From Amoebophrya sp. A120 (lineage: Eukaryota; Protista; Dinoflagellata): DNA of 64,000 nucleotides. The stretch spans positions 620,001-684,000 of the forward strand of contig CAJINV010000016.1 in NCBI GenBank assembly GCA_905178155.1. The letters are read 5' to 3'. The number at the start of each line of letters is the position of its first letter. Within the stretch, counting starts at the first letter, position 1. Positions 47,432 to 59,400 of this stretch are shown here, one piece after another. A program made the position numbers and the translations under genes. Under the pieces are notes generated by a model, which saw nothing but the letters and a program-made list of their open reading frames with translations, was not told the origin of the DNA and did no database searches.

Positions 47432-50400
47432 ATGGGGACGCTGCAAGAGCACGTGCGAAATTGTACTGGCGGAGGTCAACACCACCACCACCACCATCGC
47501 AAAAGGCAGCTACGAGGGAAGGTCGGCTCTTTGTTACCAGGGAGAGCTAGTACCAGCGACGTCTTGGTCTACTCGAGGACGAAATTAGCTCTACTACTAG
47601 TCGCGGCCTTTGCAGCTGCGGCGCTTGTGCTACTGCGAGGCAGCTTTTCTTTGTTCGCGTTTCTCGGCTTCGGACCGCCCCCTCCACAATATCCGCGAAA
47701 AAACGCCTCGTCGACCTTCTTCTTCGCCGACGCCAAGCGGCTTCGGCTCGGGCGGCGGGCACGGGGTTCAACATACTATTCAAAACCGGGAAAGACAGGT
47801 GGACCTGACCCCTTTTTCAACTTTCTGGCGGACGCACAGATGCGCACCCTGCTGGAGGAGGACGGCAAATTACCTCCGCGCCGTATCCTGGGTGTAAAAT
47901 AAACGTAGCTGCCGTTTCCCCAGTCTTGATGTCATGCAAATCTGCATTAGTATGGTATCCAGAAGGTGTCTCATACGCAGTCCCATGACCACAAGCATTT
48001 TCTAATGCTGTTTGCCTTTATTTGTCTTTGTCATTCTCTAATCAGGATTTAATTCGTATTGCGGCCACGCTGGCCAAGCCCCACTCTAGTGCTCGGGAAA
48101 GCCGAACTTTGTCATGCCAAAGCCCTAAAGCTGCTTCATTTGTGTCCTGCAGATTGTTTTGTACCTCGTAAGAGTACTTCTTTATTACACAGGATACGCG
48201 CGTCACCAAGTGGGTGCGTCGAGCAGACCAGCGATGCGCGTTTGAAGAAGATGCTAGATGAGAAGGACAAGTGGCGCAACAGTATGCCTGAGGGCTTCTG
48301 GACGGTCGACGCGCGGCAGGTGGACGGCATCAAGATCGGATATGGATGTGTCAGAGTTGAAATCGACAAAGTTGAAATAATTTGTCATGCATAAAACGGA
48401 TACCAGTTATGCCTACAGTTTGTAGTCGATGCATGACAAATCTTCCCGGTCCTGGAAGCGTGTCTGTCATGCGGTTTAGGGCAAAAGACCTGCCTTCTGT
48501 CATGCTAGTCAGAAGTCCAACTTTTGACCCTTACCAGGACCATAATCTGCCTCCCGTGCGTCCTCTCCAATAGAGTCACTTTTTGTGTCGCATTTTATGC
48601 ATGACAAATCATTTCAACTTTGACGATTTCAATCCTGACAGTTCCACATCGGACTGGAAGCGGAGGTCCGCGCGACCACAAAGTCGCGCAAGCTGAAGCT
48701 GAGTTCGGTGACCATTCCCACCTGCGCGTTTGCCACCCCCACGAAGCTGTACTGCCTGGCGCAGGTGGATGTGAAGCGCTCGACCAACTACGCCAAGAAT
48801 GTGGATTTCGTGCGGTCTTTGTATCTGATCGAGTACAACGACCGGTGTGGGCCTTTTTTGACCGGTAATCCTAGGGATGCCGCGAAGGGCAGGCCGGGTG
48901 ATAAACCGCTCACTTCTTTCACGAGCGGCGACGAGAAAGTGCAGCATTTTGGGCGCAACGCGCCGCTGGGGCGGAGCGGGAAAATCCTTGGGGGGTCCGA
49001 CACTTCGGAGGATCCTCTTTCGCGCGGTGGAGAAAACCCGGACTCGCTGGGCCCGACCGGTGCGGCCGGTCCGGACGGCGCCAAGTGGATTTTTGACTGC
49101 GCAAAGATGACCGAGTTCCGCTTTTCCTCCATCCAGCGGAGCCCCGGGGAGCCTATGCACAGGAAACAAATAGGTTTTTGTGTCTGGAAAGGTGTTGTTG
49201 TCATGCTAAATCCTAAACCCCAAACAGATTTTACAGTAGTTAGCAGTGCATGAACAGTTTTTGGAAAGGGAATCCTGTGTTTTGCATGGGACGGAGCGCA
49301 TTTTTGTAAGAAGTACATACAAGCGACACGACCCTTTCGCCACATGCATCCCAACCCTCTACGGCCGTGTCAACAGCAGGCAGGCACTACAAAATCTCGA
49401 ATCCTCCAGATGAACACCAGACCACATACTTGCAAATTTCATATCCCCGGAGGGTGTGCGCTTCGAAAACAAGGGTTCCTTCCGGTGCGAATCGTGGGGC
49501 GAGGTGATCCGGGCGTGCGCCCACTGCAACACACTGTTTCGCCGGATGACCTTCCGCACCGCGAACATGCCGACTTTTACGGGCAGCTTGATTACCGGAT
49601 TGCATTACAACACGCTTCCGCGCTTGGCCCCCGCGCGGTCGGAGGACGGCCGGTTTTTGCTCGCGTGGCTCCCCCGCGAGCGGTCCCTGATCGGGTGGCA
49701 GTCCACCCGCGGGTGGAAACTGATCTGGAAAACGCGGCCGATATCCCGTGTAAAAACGTGTTTATCCCAGAGTTGTCATGCAGATTTGCAATGACAAAAA
49801 CATTTGTGATGCGCGTCCCCATGACAGGCATTTTTATTTCCAATCGTGTCTTGGAATTTGTAATGCTGTAAACAGGATAGGCAGCTGGATTTGTAATGCT
49901 GGCGTCCTTGCTAACCTGCACTACGCTACGGACTGCAACTTGTCATGCGTGACTCCCAAAACTTCTAGGTTTGTGGTGCAAAATCCCCACTATCTTGCCT
50001 CGGGGGTGGGGACGTTTTTGCTCAGGATAGCCGAGTGAGAAGATTCAGATCGTGCGCATGAGTCTGGTCGGTTCCAAAAAGGAGATGGTGTGGCTTGTGT
50101 CTTTGTACATCAACAATTCTCCGCACATTCTCCACTTCGAACCCTACGTGTGGCTGACGGAACATTGGGACCGGTTTTTGGACCTGGAGTGCATCAACTT
50201 TCCCTCGGAGTACCTGCAGCAGAGCCAGGGCGCCGCCGCTGCCTCGGGAGGTGGTGGTGCAGGTGGTAACGCCGCGGGAATAAACGGCGGTAGTAGCAGT
50301 GGCTACAGGCTGAGCGGGAGCAAGTATTGGGAGCGTTTTGGCGAGTATTACGAGTGCGCGAAGAGCTCGCACGCGGTCACGGACTTCAAGGATTTCCTGC

Positions 50401-53400
50401 GACAGCAGTCTGTATGGATTGCAAAAATGTCTGGGTCTGGAAGGATGCGAACTTGTCATGCGTGTTGCGGATCATACAAAAATCTGTGTTGCATGACTTG
50501 CAAAAGGTCGCCATTTCTGGCCATGCTGAGAGGGCATTTCTCATGCAGAAAAGGCATCACCAAGGGGCTGCAGAACCTGTGATGCTATCCCCTGCATTCC
50601 AGCCTTGGTGGAGCTTGGAAAAACTGCATGACAAATCTCGGAATCTTCCCGACCCAGACATATTTGCATTCCATAGTCTGCGTTTGCTAACAAGCGCCGC
50701 ATCGAGGCGCACAACTTCAAGCGTATGTAGTGCAAAACTAGTACAACTATCGTACTCATTGCATGACGACCGATCATCTGGTTTTTCTAAATGCTATTAC
50801 GAACGACACACAAGAAGGTCCATTCTTCCTCTCGGAAAAAAAATGTGAATAACTTTATGCCACGTACATCTAGTAGTACGAAAGCTTTTGGTTTTTTCAG
50901 ATGCATAAGGCCCGTGTTGCTGCAGAACGCGTGCCAGCAGCTGCAGCGGGCGTACGACTGCCAGTTGGAGCGGCCGTGCAGTTTCTTCAAGGATCCGAGG
51001 CTGCTGAAGGCCCCCCCGAAAGTGATGGACCCCGAGTTTCGGTTTGCGGAGTCTATGCCGTCTATGTCCATTCTGAAGCCGAAAGAGGAACTGGCAAGCC
51101 CGCGACGAGGCGGTGGAGCTCGTGCCCGAACCACGACGGCGATGTTGCCCCCCCAGATGACGGGAGCGCAGACCGGAATAAGTGGAGGACCACCTCCACC
51201 TGCAGCGCAAATAGAAACACCACCTGCAGCGCAACAGGAAAATAATGGGGCGAACGTCAACGGCGCTGTGGACGCGTCTCTTCCCGACGCGGGAGATGCT
51301 GGTGACCTATCAATTACAAATATGTCTGGGTCTGGAAAGCTGCAAGATTTGTCATGCATCTCGGGGACCACGACGCACATGGTGTGCAATGCACACGAAA
51401 GCATCAGAGATTGTGCGAGACCTACCCCATGCCTATCCCGTATGAGAAATCCGCGTTTTGTCCAGCAAGAAGTGTGCAACTTTTGGTCTTTATGCTATAC
51501 AGATTTCTTTGTGCTTGAGACTTTATATTTGCAATGCATACGACCAGCAGACGAGCGAGCTACAGATGGAACAGGAAGGCTTCGAGGAAGCGAATGAAGT
51601 GGGGAAAAAGTCGTGGTCACAAAAGGAAGTCAATCGCGCGACGGAAGGGGCCGCGCCTGATAAAGTAGGTGCAAACGTCGAAAATGATCGTGCCCCGTCG
51701 ATAGCAGGAGAAGCTTCGGGTGGTCCAACTGTTACACCGTCTGCTATACACGACAATGAAGACGAGGAATTTGTGGAAGAGCTGACGGATTTGCTGAGGG
51801 AGTTTGAGAAACACCAGCGTCCTCCGGTCGTAGGGAACACGAACGGTGAGCAGGGTCGTACAGAAGCTGCAGCTGGCTCTTCATTTATCCAAGACAGCTA
51901 CTTCGCTGCGCCCGACGAGCTGCCCCAATCGACTTCCGCCGCGGCGCATATGGAAGCGTCAGGACCGAAATCAACAAAATCGAAATAACTTGTGATGCAA
52001 ACAATCGATACCAGTCGGAGCCTGAGTTTCGAAGTGGTGCATGACAAATTTCGGGATCACCATAATCCAGTCTGTCATGCTGTTTGGGCAAAGAAGACCA
52101 CTCCTGTCATGCTACTCGGGCAGCGCATCACTTTCCCCTAAACAGGCTCACAATCGGCCTCATTTGCCTGCTCCCCAACACAGGCCATACGTGCCCTACA
52201 TTTTATGCATTACAAGTTTTTCGATTCTGTCGATCTCGATCCTGACATTCCCATAGCGCAGTTTCGTGAGTGCATGGAGGCCTCGCAGGAGCTGCACTGC
52301 AACTTCCAGTATCAAATGCAAAAATGTCTGGGTCTGGAAGATTGGAACACTTGTCATGCACATTTTGCATGAACGATTATGACTGTACTGCATGACCTAG
52401 CATCAGAGATTTTACGAGGGCTTCCTGATGCCTATACCGCATGAGGAATACCCCCTCGGCGTAGCATAAACTGGACTCCTCTTGCGCCCTCAGCAATACA
52501 AATTTTTTTTGAGTCCAAAGACAGCATGACAAGTTCCATCCTCCCAGACTCAGACACTTTTGCATTTGATATCCAGTCCTTGCTGCCCAACATTCAAATC
52601 CGCGACGTGGAATTGCTCCGCCCGAAGAGCCACAACCGCTATCTGGAGCACAAAAAGGACTTCTTCAAGAAGTACCAAATGCGGAAGCTGCAGGTGCAAA
52701 CCTCTGCCGGTCCGAACAAAGGAGCTTCATCCAGTGGGGCGGATGACTTCGAGCACGGCCACGGCCGCAGGGACGCGGACGGTGCGGAACTCGATGATCC
52801 GACGGAAGATAGCCGCAATAAGGAAACCGACATCCGTCAGGCCTCCGTGCATCCGTCCCGGATCGATACGAGCTGTACGTTATCAAATGCAAATATGTAT
52901 GGGTCTGGAAAGATGCGCGGTTTGTCATGCTTGGCTAACATGGCGGGTATGGTGGGGGCGAGAGGCATGTATGAGTTTTGCGATGTATTGGCAGAAATAC
53001 ATCGCAAAACTCATACATCATACATGGAAGATTTGCGGAGAGCGCGACGGTTTCCGTGTACGATGTACAATGTATGAGGTGCAATACATCAATGTGCAAC
53101 CCAATCTCATACATCGTACATCATACATTGTACACGGTCCAGTGTATGATGTGCGATGTCTGATACATTGTGCATTGATGTATCATACATTGTACATCAA
53201 TGCACGATGTATGACATTGATGTATCGTACATCGTACATTGATGTATCGTACATCGTGCATTGATGTATCATACATCGTACATTGATGCACTGTACATGA
53301 TACACGGCACAAACATTGATGTACTGTACATGATACATGGTACATTGTACATTGTACACTGGCTGCAAGTCGGGGCCGCAGATGCGGCTCCGCTCGGACC

Positions 53401-56400
53401 AACCGGACTTTGCAACTGCAAGTCGGACCAGCAGATGCGGAGGCGCCGGGGCCCGGCGCCTCCGCGCGGACCATCAACTGGACTTATTTGCAGCTGCAAG
53501 TCGGACCGGCAGTTGGGGAGGCGCCGGGGCCCGGCGCCTCCGCTCGGACCAGCCGGGCCTTGCCGCTGCAAGTCGGGTCAGAGGATGGGAAGGCGCCGGG
53601 GCCCGGCGCCTCCGCTCGCACCAGCCAAGCTTTGCCGCTGCAAGTCGGGCCGGCAGATGGGGAGGCGCCGGGGCCCGGCGCCTCCGCTCGGACCAACCGG
53701 ACTTTGCAGCCGCAAGTCGGACCGGCAGATGGGGAGCGAGGCGCCGGGGCCCGGCGCCTCCGCTCAGACCAACCGCGCTCTGCAGCCGCAAATCGGACCG
53801 GCAGATGGGGAGGCGCCGGGGCCCGGCGCCTCCGCTCGGACCAACCGCGCTCTGCAGCTCCAAGTCGGGCCGGGAGATGCGCACCCGGCGCCTCCACTCG
53901 GACCAGCCGGGCTTTGCGGTTGCAAGTCGGAGCGGCAGATGGGAAGGCGCCGGGGCCCGGCGCCTCCGCTCGGACCGCCCGGGCTTTGCTGCTGCAAGTC
54001 GGGGCCGCAGATGCGGCTCCAACCGGACTTTGCAGCGGCATGTCGGACCCGCAGCTACGGAGGCGCCGGGGCCCGGCGCCTCCGCTCGGACCAACCGGAC
54101 TTATTTGCAGCTGCAAGTCGGACCGGCAGATGGGAGGCGCCGGGGCCCGGCGCCTCCGCTCGCACCAACCAAGCTTTGCAGCTGCAAGTCGGACCGGCAG
54201 ATGGGGAGCTCGGACCAGCCGGGCCTTGCAGCTGCAAGTCGGACCGGCAGATGGGGAGGCGCCGGCGCAGCTGCGCCGGCAGAGGAAGTGCCGGTGCTGG
54301 TGCTCTGAGTGGTGCCAGCAGATTCACCGGCCGGCGCAGCTGCGCTGGCAGGAAGATCAGCTGCTGAGCTCGGAGCTCCAGCATCAAACAGCTGCTTCGC
54401 TTGCCAACGCAGCTGCGCTGGCAGAGCAAGTGCTGGCGCTGGAGCTCTGAGTGGGGCCAGCAGATCCAGGGAAGTCAGCTGCTGAGCTCGGAACTCCATC
54501 CTCACACAGCTGTTTCGCCTGCCGGCGCAGCTGCGCCGGCAGACGAAGCACTGATGCCGGAGCTCTAAGTGGGGCTAGCTAGCAGATCCACCTGCCGGCG
54601 CAGCTGTGCCGGCAGGGAGGTCAGCTGCTGAGCTCGAAACTCCAGCATCAAACAGCTTTTTCGCCTGCCGGCGCAGCTGCGCCGGCAGAGGAAGTGCTGG
54701 TGCTGGAGCTCAGAGTGGTGCCTGGCGCAGCTGCGCTGGCAGGAAGATCAGCTGCGGAGCTCGGAGCTCCAGCATCAAACAGCTGCTTCGCCTGCCGGCG
54801 CAGCTGCGCCGGCAGAGAAAGGACTGGCGCTGACGCTCTAAGCGGGGCCCGCAAACCCACCTGCCGGCGCAGCTCGCTGCGCCAACAGGGAGACGAGTAG
54901 CTGCTGGGCTCGGAACTCCAGCCTCATTCAGCTGGCCATGTATGATGTGCCATGTATGATGTATCATGTATCATGTGCCATGCATGATGTGCCGTGTATG
55001 ATGTGCCATGTATGATGTGCCATGTATGATGTGCCATGTATGATGTACCATGTATGACGTACCATGTACCGCGCACCGGGTACGCTGTGCCATGTATGAT
55101 GTATGATGTATGATGTACGAGGTACATACATCGCAGAATTTGCGATGTATGATGTACAATGTATGATGTACAATGTATGATGTACAATGTATGATGTACA
55201 ATGTACAATGTATGATGTACAATGTATGATGTACAATGTATGATGTACAATGTATGATGCACAATGTATGATGCACAATGTATGATGTACAATGTATGAT
55301 GTGCAATGTATGATGTGCAATGTATGAGAGTGAGGTCGTTCTCCGCAAATCTTCCATGTATGATGTATGAGTTTTGCGATGTATTTCTGCCAATACATCG
55401 CAAAACTCATACATGCCTCTCGCCCCCACCATATTGAACATGGCTCTGGGGTCTGTCATGCACGTTGCCCAACAGCCCCAATGCTCTGTGATGCAGAAGC
55501 TCACTTTGTCATGCAGAATATACAACACTGAGGCAGCTCTAAAACTTGTCATGGTTGGCGGCCAATTGAGGCGTCCTCGTCCTCTTTCTCGACCAGCATC
55601 ACAAGTTTCCAGACATCCAGGAGGGATATTTGGCGCACTGCATAAACGTTTCTCAAGGGTGGCGAGCTCGTAAACGGGTACGACGACGCCGTCGAGAGCA
55701 AGGATACGAACAAGCGCCGGGCGGTGGTGCCCTGCGTGGGGGTGGGGCTCACGGCCCGGCTGGAGACCTTCTCCGAGGAAGATATGTTCCCCGACGGCTT
55801 GGTCAGGTTCGTGAAGGTATAATGGAAAATGAACATGTGCCTATCTATGTAGTAAAAAGATGAATATTAACAACAAAAAAATGTGGCCACGTTTCAGTTT
55901 GAATATGGGTTTGCATGTAGCTGCACGAAGACCAGCACATGAAAAAAAAGCTGCAAAATAAATGCTTTGTGCTTCTCGTGTGTGGAGGTCTGGGTTGCAA
56001 AAAACTTCCTGCTGATGTTGAAAAAGGTTGGCCTCTTCTTCGGCTGCGGGTGGATACTACAGTGAAAAATGCCCCCACCCCTGAACTTGCGAGCATTGGT
56101 ATTGCAAACCCTTCCAATGGAAACATTCCCCGTCTTGCATATATCAGCATCACAGATTTTCCATGCTGAATAGCTCAAATACAAATTTGTGGCGCAGAGG
56201 AGCCCAACAGCAGGCGGATCTGTTATGTGAGAGATACCTTGCGCGCTTAGATTCTGCATCAGAAAGGACTCGCAGTCCTTTCATGCAAGACAAAAAGCTT
56301 CCATTCGGAAACTTTGCATGAGAAATTCCGGGGTGGTGGCGTTTTTCATTGTAATAGTGGACGCCGTTTAACGACTTTTCCTACCCGCCACGGGTCGTCG

Positions 56401-59400
56401 AGTTTTATTCCAGCCGGGAACTGCCAAACTGGCCGCGGGCCGCGCACGGGCGCATTTGGCTGGCCCCGGAAACCCGCGTCGGCGGGCGGCTCAAGGCTCG
56501 ATTCCTAGCGGGCTACGCAGGCGGGCCGGGGGCGATGCGGCAGGGAATGACGGGCGCGTCTACGGTGCATCCTGTCACCATGCTGAAGAACCGGCAGAAT
56601 GACCAGAGCGTGGGACGGATCGTCGCTACGATTGAGACGGATGTGCAGAAAAGCGAACGCATGCTGTCCACGCTCCGGAGCCGCAACAGGGTCAACAGGG
56701 AGGGCGTATCAAATGCAAATATCTACTCCGGGTGGTCTGGAAACTTGTGATGGTAAAATGTGGATGATTGAAACACTTTCGAATGCAACCAAGCATGACA
56801 ACTTTCTACCGGCGCGCTCTCGTCTCATATGCAGCTCGCGTGAGAAGCTGCGGTTTTGTATGACGCACGAGCCTGCGTTTTGTGTTGGTCATGCAAAAAA
56901 GTACAGACTCCACAAGAAAAATGTAAGACCAGCATTAGCACAAGTTCAAGTTCGAACGTTCCAGATCCCTGCATTTTATTTTATGCAATGCATAGGTCGT
57001 GCGGGCCACGGAGGCCGTCATGGAGCTGAAGGAGGAGCACCAGTGCGACCCGTCCGCGGCGCTGCGGCGCATCGTCTTCGAGGTCAGCGCCGTATGACAG
57101 TGCACAACACAACTCGTCCCCTTCCACTTCCTCCTCATCTGTACTATGGCAAGAACTACAGCAACACAAGCAACGGCAGCTACGTGGCTTCCGCATGACA
57201 ATAAATCTGCGCTTGGGTCAGAGTACTGCTTGAGCTTGTTCCAAAAGTTGGCATGCAGACACTGCCTAAGAGCAGGATGTCGACTTGGTACTATTTTGCA
57301 TCACAAATGAGGGGAAGTAGGGGGGGTTGGGCACTCTGATGCGCCGGGACGTCTACGGAATCGGTCACGGACACGGCGACCGGGACCACCTACGATGGGA
57401 AGTGGCGGACCGTGATGCAGCTGCCGCACGTATCTTAAGTAAACAGGGCCGCATCGTCCCACGACATTCGTCAGGCAAATTTGCAGTTACAGAAAGAATT
57501 GTATATCCGCATCCCCATGAGTGGAATTTGTAATGCTGTAAACAGGACAAGCAGACGCCTTTGTGATGCTGCTGCACTTGCTCTATTGCATTAAAATACA
57601 GAGTGAAAGAACTTGTCATGCGTGACTCCCAAGAAATGTTCTTGCTTTGTAAAAATGAGGGACCCCGATCGCGATCTTGACTCTGGTAAGGTCGTGGGGA
57701 AGATGTTTTTACACAGGACAGCGCGCCGAGTCTTTCCAGGCGCCTTTCTCGATGTTTGGGTTTGTATCCTGTGCAAAAGTATCGTACTCGTATAAATGCA
57801 AGTCTTCCGTGACAAATATTTTTCTGAAGGTAAAACCGCACTACAAATTTTATTTCTCATGCTGGGAAAATTTGTAATGCATTTATACGAGTACGATAGT
57901 TTTGCAATTCATAGTTTGACCTGATCAACGACTTCGTCCTGTCGCGGTACGTATCAAATGTAAAAATGTCTGGGTCTGGAAGATTGCCAGGTTTGTCATG
58001 CACATTTTGCATGACTCCTGATGTCTGTGATGCATACCCTAGCAATACAGATTTTCTGGGGGCTTCTTGATGCCTATTCCGCATGACAAATTCCTTCTCA
58101 GCGTAGCAAAAATTGCATTCCGTTTGCTACTCATGCAATACAGATTTTTTTGGAATCTAGATACAGCATCACAAGTTGCATTCTTTCAGACCCAGACATT
58201 TTTACATTTGATACTCGGGGCAGACGAACCACGTCGGACGGCAGGTACTGTACACCGTGTCCACGGATTTGGGAATCATGACGCAAACCTATGCTGAGCA
58301 AAAATGACTCCACCCCATAGTCAAGTTGGTAAATCTGCAACACAAATCCCCAAGTCTTGGGAGTTGTGCATGACAAGTTTTCATCTGCAGTGTAGTGGTG
58401 GTTAGCAAGGGAAGCCGCATGACAAACCCACTTTTTCATTCTGTTTACAGCATGGCATCATGTGCCAAAACACGACTGGAAATGCCTCTCATGGAGATGC
58501 GCACTACAAACGTTTCGGTCATTGCGCATTTGCATGACAGCCCTGGGCGGCTGGGGACGTCTTTACATAGGATAAAACCGGCAGCGACCTGCGCGTGTGG
58601 GATCACCGGGTGTCTCTCTCGTCCCTGACCGCAGAGTTTATCTCGCCCACCGCGTTGTCCGTCCGTGCCTCGGCGTCGCACCCACGGCTGCGAATCGGCT
58701 GCGAATTTGATGGCAACGAGCAAACCTACCCCATGCTGTATCCTATGTAAAAACGTCCCCACGCCATAGTCAAGATGGGAAATCTGCAACACAAATCTCC
58801 AAGCTTTGGGAGTTCTGCATGACAAGTTTCCATCTGCAGTGTAGTGCTGGTTAGCAACGGAAGCCGCATGAAAAAGCCATTTGCTCATCCTGATTACAGC
58901 ATTACAAATTCCAAAACACAACTGGAAATGCCTCTCAAGGAGATGCGCATTACAAATGTTCCTGTCATTGCACATTTGCATGACAACTCTGGGGTGGGAA
59001 CGTTTTTACACAGGATATGCTGCTGGCCACGCCGGAGTGCCAGCTCGAGGCCGCGTGCCCCCAGGTGCTCACGTGGCAGACCCGCCGGTCGGAGCCGGGC
59101 GTGGTGATATCAAAGTGAAAAATCCCCCCTCCCCATATCAAAGCCGAAATCTGTGATGCGGGATTTGTGTACACAAATCTAGCAGTAGAGGACTGCAGGC
59201 AGATGCAGCGCCTGAGTAGGGGCGTTTTGCTGTAGGCACTTAGCAAGGCAGGCATATCCTCTGTAGGCGATACAGCATCACAAAGCCCTGCGAAACGCGG
59301 CCGATTCTCTGGCTTTGCCCTCTTGCAATACAGGGACGATTTGTGGTTACAAATCAGCATCGCAAACTTTCAGCAGTGCCCCTTTTTGGTACGGGGAGGG

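Larger units (their letters stand above)
52945..55436. mobile_element. Foldback-like non-autonomous DNA transposon, ~94-bp TIR, 8-bp TSD
   Basis: tatggtgggggcgagaggcatgtatgagttttgcgatg... at 52948 inverted at 55340-55433; TSD aacatggc at 52937-52944 and 55437-55444. Confidence 0.85.
52881..55644. mobile_element. IR-intron family A expanded to 2.76 kb by a nested foldback element
   Basis: DR tacgt/aacgt; SCT|FLKGG in frame. Confidence 0.85.

Noticed and set aside
53121-55552. Overlapping long ORFs (GPAPP, HHTLYIIHCTSY repeats)
   Set aside because: By-products of GC-rich 72-bp and 14-bp tandem repeats inside a nested transposon within an intron.
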